A DNA stretch of 55,572 nt, filler included, from Asterionella formosa (lineage: Eukaryota), in assembly GCA_002256025.1 (NCBI GenBank). It is 5 parts of 5 records of this genome, joined end to end, with 100 filler letters (N's around TTAATTAATTAA, not from the genome) between each part and the next. Parts side by side here need not be neighbours in the genome. Positions count along the whole stretch, not along the records: positions 11,146 to 22,178 come from NKIB01008875.1; positions 22,279 to 33,311 come from NKIB01008880.1; 3 more parts are not named here. One strand, given 5' to 3'. Below the pieces are notes generated by a model that ran no database searches, was not told where the DNA came from, and saw nothing but the letters and a program-made list of their open reading frames with translations. Within the stretch, counting starts at the first letter, position 1, and each line of letters starts with the position of its first letter. Shown in pieces: positions 11,148 through 22,527 of this stretch. The translations under genes and the position numbers were made by a program.

Positions 11148-12280
11148 CGCCAGATCCTACATCCTGACGATATATAGCGTTGACCTATACCCCTACTTTG
11201 ATAAATGACTGTATTTAAGCATGTGGAAAGGGTGTGTATTGGTGAAAGCTCCGTTTAGCGATATACATTTACATTTTACTCGTAAGAAGTCTATGTTTGA
11301 CTACTCTGACTTAATATTATTTTTTTAACCCTACCTCGAGCTAGGGGTTCAAATGCAGGAACCTTAACATACACATATATATATTTAGGTTCTACATCGC
11401 TTCATGTGCATACACCACTACTACAATGTATTCTCCTATCGACGAATATGGGTCATGTATACGACCCGGCGGCTCGGCAAACATTTGAAAGTGCACCCAA
11501 GGAGCGGTACGCGTACCTGTATGTCCAATGATGATCATCTACTGGTACCCGTCGTGAATATAGCACCGGACTGTCAGTACACCCAAGAAAATGTTACATG
11601 TTAACCCAATGTGGCCAGCGTGGGTTTGCACGACCTCGCAAACCAGGCCAATCAAACAGAGGAATGTACTTCATTCTCACCAATCATATTATATATGTGG
11701 AAGCGGGTACTTACAATGGAATTTTTCGGACAGGAGATTTTAGGACTAAAAATTCCGGCACACGACTGCCATTCCAATGATGACGTTTCGGCACTTAATA
11801 ATTCTGATTCCGATATTTTGGCGACCGTAGAAAAGGCCGATTTTGTCGAGTTTTTGGACGACGATAGCTAAACGTTGGCTGGGTCTGAAGACGATTTAGA
11901 TACATAGGTAACTTTCAAATAGCATCAGTATATAACTTCTGGCGAGAAACTGCAGAAAGGAACTTCAGTTTTTTTACTATGCCAAATAAACAGATTTCCC
12001 CCGAAATTTCGAGTCTTTTTAGCCTAGTTAAAAAACCGAAGTTCCTTTCTGCAGTTTCTGACCAGATCCTATATACTGACGATATATAGAGTGAACCTAC
12101 ACCCCTACTTTGTCCGAAGACTGTATTTAAGCATATGGAAAGGGTGTGTATTGGTGAAAGCTCCGTTGAGCGTTATACATATTTAAATTGTATGTGAAAA
12201 GTATGTGTTTGATTAGTCTGACTGAATATTATTTTCTTAACCCTACCTCGAGCTAGGGTTTCAAATGCAGCAACCTTAAG
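11148..12280. mobile_element. Two ~220-bp direct copies of a putative DNA-transposon end, each finishing ...AACC-TTAA, plus an internal ~53-bp inverted repeat
   Basis: 11149-11368 is similar to 12062-12279. Inverted repeat tcagtatata...gaaactgcagaaaggaacttc.gtttttt at about 11926-11978 and 12026-12079. Confidence 0.6.
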
Positions 12281-12687
12281 TTCAGCAATATTACAGCAAC
12301 TTGCTGGTACTCTCTGGGACTAGTACCTGGTACCTGGTGCCTGGTACCTGGTTGCTAAGCTTCTCTTTACCACCTGGGTTTAATTTTACCAATTACTACC
12401 GGTACGGTAGAAGATGTCCTTTAGTACCAGTACTAAAAATGATAAAATATGTAGCTGTCCGGTAACACTATGTCCGTTTTCGGAAAAAATGACCGCAGCT
12501 TGCAGGCACAGCAATCTGATGCGGTCATTTTGCTTCAATAAACAATTTAATATCCGATAAAGAAAGACAGCTAGCTAAATCCTAAGTTCAGCAAAATTAC
12601 CGCAACTTGCTGGTGCTCTCTGGGACTAGCACCTGGTACCTGGTGCCTGGTGCCTGGTACCTGTTACCTAGTAGCTAAGCTTCTCTT
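12277..12687. repeat. Direct repeat of about 90 bp flanking a hairpin-containing dispersed repeat
   Basis: taagttcagcaa.attac.gcaacttgctggt.ctctctgggactag.acctggtacctggtgcctgg at 12277 and 12583, with a partial copy near 20048. 12459-12545 recurs at 19246-19330. Confidence 0.75.
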
Positions 12688-12870
12688 CACCACCACGCCG
12701 ACCATTACTTCGCCCTGTAAAAGTATTTTCACCACACAATTTTCCCCCTCCCACGCAAGGTGTTTCCTCCTTTCTTCCTTCCTGTCTAGAACGAAACATC
12801 ATCACACGTTCGATTCAACAACCAAATCAAAGAGAACAAAGTAAACAGAACAGAACAAAGTCTCGACACC

Positions 12871-14057
12871 ATGATATCAACACTCGTAACTGACGATTGG
12901 AAAACCGAAGCTTTTACGAAAGAATTTAAAGGTACTGATACTACAGCCTTCTTTGCCTCCAAGCTAAAGTGGCTTTTGATAATCCAATTTCTGGTTGATC
13001 AAGATGTGAAAAGGTTGATGCCAACGTTCAAAGGATACTCAGTAAAAAAAAAAAGAAGGGAAATAGAAAAATCTGCTAATGGTATATTCAATTACATTAA
13101 AGGGATGGGTGGAGCTTTCTACAAATATTCTGTAGAGCAGGAGAAAGATGTACTGAAAGGTAACGAAAATGGCGATGTCACGTTGGAAGAAGTGACAGAT
13201 GATATTGATGGTGTCATCAAAAAACTCTATATTGGAATTGATCATGAAAATGGGAAAGCACTTGATGAAGCGAAAGCAAAAGAGGAAGCTGAAAATCGTC
13301 AAGCGGAAGACCAAAATGAAGCTAAATGGAAAGATTACATTGCAAATCATCGGGATATTGGCCTGTTTACCTTATTTGTTCATCATACTACTTTCATTCC
13401 CAGTGATGAACCTCTCTTTTCGCTCAAATTATCAAAATGCTTTTTTTTTTTGCCAAATTTGTGCTGCTTGTTATATTCTTCATTCAGTTGATTCTTTTTG
13501 TTGTGTTGGTTAATAATTCTTGGACTTGTTATACCACTTCGATTGGAATAAGCAATGATCAGAAACTACTTGCTTGTGCTGTTGCTATAATTTACCTCAT
13601 TATCCTCCCTTTGCTGGGAATGCAAAAACACAGGGAAATAAATGAGAGTCCCCTGATTGGAAATGCTGAAGGTGGACAACTTCAGCATACAGTGATCGTT
13701 GACCGATTCATGTCCTTTGTTCTCGAGCCTTTGTTGGGCCTGATCAATGTATCCTTTCTTTTCATCCAGAAAGAGACTATTAACATTATTGTGAATGCAA
13801 TGGCATTTCATTTCATAATTGAACTCAAGGATGCAGTAAAAACATTGTTCATCAAATCATTCCCACCTGACATTGGTCATTACCAGACTTTGAGTAAAAA
13901 CCCTAACTGGACTTTGTTTGTTGAGGATTTTGATCATTGGGAAGGAGATGCCAGGAAGATGTTTATCCTTTCAAGTTATATTATGAACATTGTACTGACC
14001 ATTGTTTGTATCACTGCTGTGTTGCTCTGTATCATTTTTTCCTTGATATATTTGTGA
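12871..14057 (+). CDS. Hypothetical multi-pass membrane protein, frameshifted at a poly-T run (pseudogene or homopolymer error)
   Basis: ORFs 12871-13491 and 13437-14057 overlap at the T run 13441-13451. The second has about 4-5 hydrophobic helices (including IIVNAMAFHFIIELKD). The first has an EF-hand-like NENGDVTLEEV. Confidence 0.6.
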
Positions 14058-15200
14058 GTACAGGTTCATTTTCATCAAATCATTCCCAGCTCACATCAAA
14101 AATTACCGGACTTTGAGTAATCAGGTTGTTGATCGTCGGGAAGGAGAGACCAGGAACAACTGACTTCTAATGTGCTTGTACATTAGTAAGTCAAATGAAA
14201 AATCTACTAATTAGTCTGCCATTGGTCAGTTGCAAGGTGCTGGATGACCTTTTTTCCATAAAAAGTAAATATTTGTGTTCTTGAGTAGGTCAGTTTTAAT
14301 GTTAGATAAGGTTGCAGACCCGCAGTTACACATTGCTTTACCGTATACTTTAACTGCAATATTGCGCCTTTATAAATTGTGGTTCACGCATTTTCCAGGT
14401 TGTGGCATTCATTCAAAATAGGAAATTCTTATGATTCATCTGTTAGGGATAACCGTACCTGTTCCTGTAGCTAGCACCTTCACATTGGGTACCTCCAAGA
14501 GCATGAAGACAATGACTTGCTTCATTTTTTGCGTACCGATATTCATAGAATACATTGTTTTCTAACACAAAACCATTGATATTTCTGAATAGCTATCTTG
14601 CTTGCTTGTTCTATTTTTCAGTAATTGAACAGAATTTTGCTCTCCAATGCTTTACAAGACATGCTGGATTTTCTGTAGGATTCCTACATAGCAGTATACT
14701 GGCAAGCTAGACCAGTGGGTATACTGGCCAAAATTTGGAACAGTATGGTATTTGGAATGTAAAATGACAGTATACTGGTATACTGATACTGAGTCTGGAG
14801 CGGTATCAGTATCCAATACTGCAGTATACTTTCATCAACATGGAAGAATTACAAACATGACCACAAAGAAAAAGGCGTTTCATTGATAAAACATCCAAAT
14901 GCATCAACAAGAACAAAGCAAACCTGGCGACAACTATCAGTGGTTCATTTGCCCATACCCACCATGATGCTCCAATTGTGAATGTGCATGCCGTACAAGT
15001 TGAGCTCTTTAGGAATGGAATCTGTCCTTATCACGCAGACATTCAGCTTTGCTAATGTGATCATGAACAAATGAAAACCGATGAACCACAATGCTAATGT
15101 ATCAATCAGGAAAAAAATCAATAAAGAAGAACATAAACGTAAATTCCAAGTCGAGGTAAAACAATAAATCAGTTTCGTAATTACAATCATAAATACTAAT

Positions 15201-18200
15201 CTAAATATATGATGACCACCATTTCCCACGTTGAGTCATTATGCTAAGTGCTTCATTACCATTTTCTAGAACGCCAGCATTGGATGAGTGCTTTTGCATA
15301 GCAGATTCAATGGCAACTTTTCCACCAACATTGGAAATCCTCAACTGATTGTGGTCATTATTATTTGCCAAGTTACAAAGTGCTCGACAACCATGCTTTT
15401 GCACATTAGCATTGTCTAAATGAAACTTCATCGCAGACAGAATAATAGTGATACCTCCTTTTGCAGCAATCGTCACCTTAATATTGTCATTATTCAAAGC
15501 CAAGTTCATAAGTGCTGCACAACCACACTCTTGCACATTAGCATTGTCTAAATGAAACTTCATCGCAGACAGAATCTTAGTTATACCTCCTTCATGAGCA
15601 ATCGTCTCCTTGTTTCTGTCATTATTATTAACCAAGTCCATAAGTGCTCCACAACCATAGTTTTGCACATTAGCATTTGATAAATGAGTCGCCATTGCAG
15701 ACAGAATCGTAGTTATACCTCCTGCTTCAGAAATCGCCACCTTGTTATTGTCATTATTATTATCCAAGTTCATAAGTGCTCCACAACCATACTCTTGCAC
15801 ATTAGCATTGTATAAATGAAACTTCATCGCAGACAGAATCGTAATTATACCTCCTGCTTCGGCAATTGCCACCTTGATATTGTCATTATTCAAAGCCAAG
15901 TTCATAAGTACTGCACAACCATAGTGTTGCACATCCGCTATCAAGGAATGAGCCTTCATCGCAGACAGAATAAAAGTGATACCTCCTTCTGCAGCAATCG
16001 TCACCTTGATATTGTCATTATTCAAAGCCAAGTACATAAGTGCTCGACTACCATGCTTTTGCACATTAGCATTGTCTAAATGTGCATTCATCGCAGACAG
16101 AATCGTAATTATACCTCCTGCTTCAGCAATTGTCACCTTGTTTCTATCATTATTCTCAGCCAATCTCAAAAGTGCTCTACAACCATACTCTTGCACATAA
16201 GCATTATATGAATAAATCCTCATTGCCGACTGAATCGTAGTTATACCTCCTGCTTCAACAATCGTCATCTTGTTCTTATCATTCAAAGCCAAGTTCATCA
16301 GTGCTCCTAAACCATATTCTTGTACCTTAGCAGTTGATAAATGAGTCGCCATTGCAGACAGAATCGTAGTTATACCTCCTGCTTCAGAAATCTTCATCTT
16401 GTTCTTGTCATTCAAAGCCAAGTTCATAAGTGCTCCACAACCATACTCTTGCACATTAGCACTGCCTAAATGATAATTCATCGCAGACAGAATCCAAGTG
16501 ATACCTCTTGCTGCAGCAATTGTCACCCTGTTGTTGTCATTCATAGCCAAGTTCAAAAGTGCTCCACAACCAAAGTGTTGCACATCCGCTATCAAGGAAT
16601 GAGCCTTCATTGCAGATAGAATCGTAGTGACACCTCGTTCTGCTACAACAATCTTACCCCTGTTGTCGTCATTATAAGCCAAGTTCCCAATTATTCCACA
16701 ACCATATTGTTGCACAATAGCATTGTCTAAATGAAACTTCATCGCAGATAGAATTGTAGTGATACCTCCTGCTTCAGCAATTGTCACCCTGTTATTGTCA
16801 TTCATAGCCAACTTCCAAAGGGTTCTACAGTTATATTCTTGCTCATCCGCATTGGATTCATAAGTCTTCATCCCATATAGAATCAAAGTGATATCTTCTG
16901 CGACAGCACCAAACATGTTTTTCAAGTTGACAGAGATAAATATGACTTGATTTTCATAATTTGCCAAATCACAAAGCACACGCTTTTTGAGCGCAAAACG
17001 CCAAGTTCTGGATTTCAGTACGTCCTTATCAAACTCTTCCAAGCAATGGCGCATCATACCTTTTCTTTCCAGATCTTCAACAAATTCTTTAAAATCCTTC
17101 AGCTTGTTGAGGTCGAGCCCAGACTTCTTGTATTCCTTCAGACCCTCAGCAGGTGATGGTTTATTCACTTCATCAAGAAAATTCTTGACATTGAGCACAA
17201 CATCACCTGGAAGCGTGGGAATAGGAAACCCACATGCTTTTGCCAATCCCCCAGCCGCATTCCATAGCATTGCAACAGTCACTCCAACAGCACAAACCTT
17301 GGCCCCTATCTCTGCAAACTTGTTGATTTGATTCTGATATTTTTTCGTTTCGATTTTGTATGAGACAACTGGTTGGAGCGTCAGCCCACACAGCAACTGC
17401 AGATATTCTACTTCAGTTGTCCTACCACTGAAAAGTCGCAGGCAACATTCAAATAACTCCCGAGCTCGCTCAGAAATTTCTACCATTTCCTTCACTGCAC
17501 CGCGAGCTCGTTTTCTCAATGATTGCTCGGGCATCAATGTGCTCTTGAATGTTTTAAACTCATCAGCAGTGAGAAGTTTAAACATGTATGGGAATTCCAC
17601 CTCTTCAAGTTGGTCCATCAAATCAGGGATTTGGCCGTTGCTCAACTGTATGTATTGGAGCGTCACAGACTGGGCATGCAGCAAACTATTATTTTCAAGT
17701 GCGAGAACCTTGGTTTCATCCATGACATCCTTGGTTTCATCAGAGATTTGGGGCACGACATCCTTGATTTCATCCAGCACGGATTTATTGACACGCAGTT
17801 CACCTGCGTCAGCACCAAAACTGTAGTTGATAGAGATAAATGTGACTTGCTTTTCATAATTTGCCAAATCAGTAAGCTCATGCCTTTTAAGCGCAGACTG
17901 CCAAGTTCTGGATTTCAGCGCTTCCTTGTCAAACTCTTCCAAGCAATGGCGCATCATACCTTTTCTTTCCAGATCTTCAACAAATTCTTTAAAATCCTTC
18001 AGCTTGTTGAGGTCGAGCCCAGACTTCTTGTATTCCTTCAGACCCTCAGCAGGTGATGGTTTATTCACTTCATCAAGAAAATTCTTGACATTGAGCACAA
18101 CATCACCTGGAAGCGTGGGAATAGGAAACCCACATGCTTTTGCCAATCCCCCAGCCGCATTCCATAGCATTGCAACAGTCACTCCAACAGCACAAACCTT

Positions 18201-18905
18201 GGCCCCTATCTCTGCAAACTTGTTGATTTGATTCTGATATTTTTTCGTTTCGATTTTGTATGAGACAACTGGTCGGAGCGTCAGCCCACACAACAACTGA
18301 AGATATACCACTTCAGTTTTCCTACCACTGAAAAGTCGCCAGCCTTTTCTGAAAGCAGTGGCTGTCTCCTTGTTCTTCAAAGAGTCAAGAAAGTCGCGGC
18401 AACATTCAAATAACTCACGAGCTCGACCAATAACCTCTTCTGTTTCCTTCACTGCACCGCGAGCTCGTTTTCTCAATGATTGCTCGGGCATCAATGTGCT
18501 CTTGAATGTTTTAAACTCATCAGCAGTGAGAAGGTTAAACATGTATGGGAATTCCACCTCTTCAAGTTGGTCCATCAAATCAGGGATTTGGCCGTTGCTC
18601 AACTGTATGTATTGGAGCGTCACAGACTGGGCATGCAGCAAACTATTATTTTCAAGTGCGAGAACCTTGGTTTCAACCATGACATCCTTGGTTTCATCAG
18701 GGATTTGGGGCACGACATCCTTGATTTCATCCAGCATGGATTCATTGTCATCAAATTTATTAATAATATACTTCCAACCATGATAAGTAGCTTGTATGCC
18801 ATACTCATTCGTAGTTGAAGCATCATGGGTAGGGGCGTATGAAACTGCAGACAATGACATGTTTGAATTGATCTCGTTGCTTGCTTTGGTTATTTGTGAT
18901 TGCAC
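15201..18905 (-). CDS. Armadillo-repeat protein with a tandemly duplicated ~300-aa N-terminal domain
   Basis: 1234-aa ORF (first ATG at 18860). It has 12 clear ARM repeats of 42-43 aa plus one degenerate one (IAEAGGITTILSAM..H..NANVQ..GCGALMNLA) at about 15260-16900. DNA duplication of about 16925-17780 versus 17825-18737. Confidence 0.88.
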   Translation of the reverse strand: MQSQITKASNEINSNMSLSAVSYAPTHDASTTNEYGIQATYHGWKYIINKFDDNESMLDEIKDVVPQIPDETKDVMVETKVLALENNSLLHAQSVTLQYIQLSNGQIPDLMDQLEEVEFPYMFNLLTADEFKTFKSTLMPEQSLRKRARGAVKETEEVIGRARELFECCRDFLDSLKNKETATAFRKGWRLFSGRKTEVVYLQLLCGLTLRPVVSYKIETKKYQNQINKFAEIGAKVCAVGVTVAMLWNAAGGLAKACGFPIPTLPGDVVLNVKNFLDEVNKPSPAEGLKEYKKSGLDLNKLKDFKEFVEDLERKGMMRHCLEEFDKEALKSRTWQSALKRHELTDLANYEKQVTFISINYSFGADAGELRVNKSVLDEIKDVVPQISDETKDVMDETKVLALENNSLLHAQSVTLQYIQLSNGQIPDLMDQLEEVEFPYMFKLLTADEFKTFKSTLMPEQSLRKRARGAVKEMVEISERARELFECCLRLFSGRTTEVEYLQLLCGLTLQPVVSYKIETKKYQNQINKFAEIGAKVCAVGVTVAMLWNAAGGLAKACGFPIPTLPGDVVLNVKNFLDEVNKPSPAEGLKEYKKSGLDLNKLKDFKEFVEDLERKGMMRHCLEEFDKDVLKSRTWRFALKKRVLCDLANYENQVIFISVNLKNMFGAVAEDITLILYGMKTYESNADEQEYNCRTLWKLAMNDNNRVTIAEAGGITTILSAMKFHLDNAIVQQYGCGIIGNLAYNDDNRGKIVVAERGVTTILSAMKAHSLIADVQHFGCGALLNLAMNDNNRVTIAAARGITWILSAMNYHLGSANVQEYGCGALMNLALNDKNKMKISEAGGITTILSAMATHLSTAKVQEYGLGALMNLALNDKNKMTIVEAGGITTIQSAMRIYSYNAYVQEYGCRALLRLAENNDRNKVTIAEAGGIITILSAMNAHLDNANVQKHGSRALMYLALNNDNIKVTIAAEGGITFILSAMKAHSLIADVQHYGCAVLMNLALNNDNIKVAIAEAGGIITILSAMKFHLYNANVQEYGCGALMNLDNNNDNNKVAISEAGGITTILSAMATHLSNANVQNYGCGALMDLVNNNDRNKETIAHEGGITKILSAMKFHLDNANVQECGCAALMNLALNNDNIKVTIAAKGGITIILSAMKFHLDNANVQKHGCRALCNLANNNDHNQLRISNVGGKVAIESAMQKHSSNAGVLENGNEALSIMTQRGKWWSSYI

Positions 18906-19047
18906 GTGTGATGAAACGTTTTCTTTGTGGGCGTGTTTGTTATTCTTGAGACTCTACCATCTGTCGTTGAATTCTACATGCAAGGTACAAATTCATTCAG
19001 TGATCAAAAGCATGCCGGAACTTTGGTATATAACATACCGAAAACCT

Positions 19048-19380
19048 CCTACCGGTAATATCTCCACGTACTTTTCTGGTTTTGTGCAGCACGCTTACCG
19101 GTAGTGGTGTAATAAAACCGGTGCGTCGTGGAGATATTGTGAAACCCTAACTCTAATCGGCCAAGATTTGGGGATATGGATAGGTTAGTGTTAGGGTTAG
19201 GTTTCGTGACGTCATCGGACACCAAAATAAACAGAGTCTCGATATCCGGTAACACGTTGTCGTTTTTAGGGAAATGACCGCAGCTTGCAGGGACTGCAAC
19301 CTGATGCGGTCATTTTGCTTCAATAAACAAGAATTTAATATAGGGTTAGGGTTAGGGTTAGGTGAAGGTGAAGGTGAGGG
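19048..19380. repeat. Short non-autonomous element with hairpins and interstitial (TTAGGG)n
   Basis: Inverted repeat aatatctccacg/cgtggagatatt (about 19057-19139). Hairpin aaatgaccgca...tgcggtcattt (about 19272-19315). TAGGGTTAGGGTTAGGGTTAGG at 19341-19362 and gttagggttagg near 19190. Confidence 0.6.
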
Positions 19381-22178
19381 CTACAATTACTATTATCCAT
19401 CGACAATGAGGTGACTACTTAAGTTGCCAAAAAGTAATGAGACTAATGTTACTTTTCGCCTGAAGGGGCTTCATCAGTTGGCATGGATCTGTAGTAATGT
19501 TTTCTTGTGGTCCTGGTGTGTGCAGGGGGGTGTACAGACATTTTGGGCTGTGAAAATACACCACCAGGAGCAGAAGCTGTGTTGATAGTGGAAGAAGGAG
19601 GGTGCATGGACCTGGTTGGTGGTGATGCTGACCGTTTGCTATCAATTTGCATTGTAAGTAGGTGAGTAATGACTGAAGTGATTTTCGATCTCAGTTTCCG
19701 TGGTGATGTGTAATTACCAATATTTTTTGGTCGATTATAAGCGATTATCAGCCGATGGATTGTACAGTGATGTCCAGAGAAATTCCGTAGTGAGGTAAGA
19801 AGTGGTTCTTTCTTCTGTATACCAATACCTGATACCTAGTACCAGGTACCAGGTAGTTCACATACAGCATACACACGTACATGGCAAGTTGCGATTAGTC
19901 TACCAGGTACCAGGCGCCAGACCTTCATTGGGATGTAGGAGTACATGGTCCCAGGTACCAGGGTACCCTGGTACCAGGTATGACCTGCAAGTTGCAGTCA
20001 TTTTGCTTAAACTAACATTTTAATCAGGGATAAAGATAGCTAAAACTTAAGTTTCAGCAAAATTACTGCAACTTGCTTGCTGGTGCCGTACCCCTGAGTT
20101 GTTCACAACCGTAACAAATGTGAAGTATCACACACGTATCATATCCATTACACATACCTGGTATAACTTGTAACTCCGGAGTACCAGGTACTGTAATGCA
20201 GTCTACTACATATAGGAGAACGTGTAGACTACATAGCCATGACAAGCAAGCTTTTACGACCAGTGCTTATGTCTACATTTTAATATTAGTTAACTGGTAC
20301 CAGGGCGTAACAGGTCCCCTAGTACCGTATATAATGTCAATATTGTAGGCCGGACAAAAAATAATACCGGTAGACTTGTTCAAAGCAAGAAACAAAAATA
20401 ATAAGCAAACTCCCCCCATACAGGTACAGGTACCAGGTAGTAGTAGAGGGCGAGGATGAGATGACCCCCTATAGACTTTCGGAGCAGCAGAAACAGAGCT
20501 TGCTTTCACTTGAGGTACCATTCCGTCTCCAGGTGCATAGTAGGGATGCAGGGAGACAGTCGGCAGCCAAGTAATGACTTATGAATGATATATTTGTAAC
20601 GCTTGTAGACATATATATATTGAACATACATCCATAGATCGTTCTACTGTTTACATATACCGTATGTCCGTATACTGTATGTATTTATTCCTACATAAAG
20701 AACCAGGTACCTGGTACCGTGGTATGCACTGGTATTTGTGTACAGCCATATACCGGTACTGGTACCATCCTTTGCCTTGTAATTCTTGCTTTATGACAAG
20801 TGTATTTTAGCGCCGATGCAAGAAAAACAGTGCCGTCATGGTCGGCGATCTGTTCAAATGCATCTGCTTCACAAATCATTATGCATGATCAGTAGTCTAC
20901 ATATATAATAATGAGAATATTATTACCGGTACGAAAAAACTTTCCTCGTTCACAAAAATAAATAAAAAACCTATAAAATGTAAATTACAAGCCATCCACA
21001 TGCGCCAATAAAATAAATGCACCGCGAAATCTTGATGCTTTTTAAAATATCGCATCTGACGCTTGTCTTACTGCTTGTTCGTACAATCCCTCATGATGAT
21101 CCCGATCCCCACCACAACTAAGAAAGAAAGGCTGGCTCCCTGCCCAACCTCCACACGACGGTCTCCCGCTAGGAATAGCTACTTCGTTGTTACGGGTGCC
21201 TCTTTCTTCATCGACTCAGTAGGAACCGGCAAGATTCGGGAGGAACCCTTGACTTTTGGAGGACGAATACGGCGGCGAGTGGGCTGGCTGCTGAGCTGGT
21301 ATTCTCCAGTGTGAGCCAGCATGACGAGAAAAGAAAGCGAGCGATGCACAGAGCAATGGGTGACCGAGCAGGGTATTCTACAGAAACACCTAGGAGTGGA
21401 ATATGCTTCGTCTGTAAATAAAAAATATCATGAAAATATGATCAAGGGTATCGTACGCTAAGTGGCACAGGATTTTCGTATATATGATAATTTTTGGATC
21501 AAAAATATGATCAAGGTATCTTGTATCTATGATGATTTATTAATATGTTACCGACCTTGAAGTGTAATGATAATACGAACATTATCATCACACAATGTAT
21601 ATAAACTGATCAACAACATTTCCCATAAATATCATAAACCTTCTCATATTATTTTCACTTCTCGTGATCGCCCAATGTAAATTATAACTACAACGTATCC
21701 TAAAACCAGCTCAACTCTATGCTATCATGCGAATTGTTTCATCGTAAATCTATCGTATACATGATCATAATTCTAATCACAAGCATTGTTCAAAATAGAT
21801 TGAAATGGATCGTAATTTAACTATCAAGTTAAGCAATGGTATCTATTAATCTACATGCCAGCGTCCCAATGTTTCTCTCTCTACTCGGCTCAATGTATAT
21901 TCCTTTCTTGCTCTTTCTTCCTCTGATCTGAATCGTGTGCGAGGCAGTGCCTTACTGATGCTACGTCTCGTTCCCTGATGTAAGTGTCATTCTGAACTTG
22001 CCGACTATTCCGTTGTTTGATTGTTTTTATTGTCCTATGCATGCAGTTACAGTTACAATGAGAAGGAATGGTTTGTTAGCTAGTCATGTTACATTGACAC
22101 AAGAACACGCAATTCCATCGTATCCTCTTGCTTCACTTACCACAAATCAATGCAACTGATGCATAAGTCTGTAATAGT

Positions 22179-22278
22179 NNNNNNNNNNNNNNNNNNNNNN
22201 NNNNNNNNNNNNNNNNNNNNNNTTAATTAATTAANNNNNNNNNNNNNNNNNNNNNNNNNNNNNNNNNNNNNNNNNNNN
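22179..22278. other. Artificial contig linker
   Basis: N, TTAATTAATTAA, N; 100 nt. Confidence 0.98.
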
Positions 22279-22279
22279 C

Positions 22280-22390
22280 CAAATGATTGTATTGCTCTAC
22301 AACTTTCGTGCTAGCAAAGTTGGTCAGAACCAAATTGCTTCAGTGTATATGCCCTATTTGCATAGGAATGCAAATAGATATGCCATGTAA
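22280..22390 (+). mobile_element. C-terminal end of a PIF/Harbinger-type DDE transposase, cut by the contig start
   Basis: Manual translation QMIVLLYNFRASKVGQNQIASVYMPYLHRNANRYAM* resembles the LxNFR..xG.NQI..xY ending of such transposases. Confidence 0.6.
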
Positions 22391-22527
22391 TGGTGCTAAA
22401 TTATTTCTTCATGATTATTTAGCACCACTTCTTTCACATTATATTAGAATGAAAAATATTTAAGGTTATTCATCATCTCTTTTACTGCTCTGTTGTTTTT
22501 TGGTGTTTGACATTGAGTTGAGGCAGA

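Noticed and set aside
14690..14830. Cluster of CAGTATAC(TG) palindromes
   Set aside because: Single short instance with no termini or TSD; not enough to call an element.
15260..16900. CRISPR-like or non-coding tandem array
   Set aside because: The units are in-frame ARM codon repeats with no repeat-spacer structure.
19141..19160. Telomerase RNA template (AACCCTAAC) or a true telomere
   Set aside because: Short, internal and part of a dispersed repeat; no supporting structure identified.
21420..21800. AT-rich TATCAT/ATGATA-rich tract, similar to 50800-51200
   Set aside because: Probably decayed TE subterminal sequence; no boundaries could be defined.
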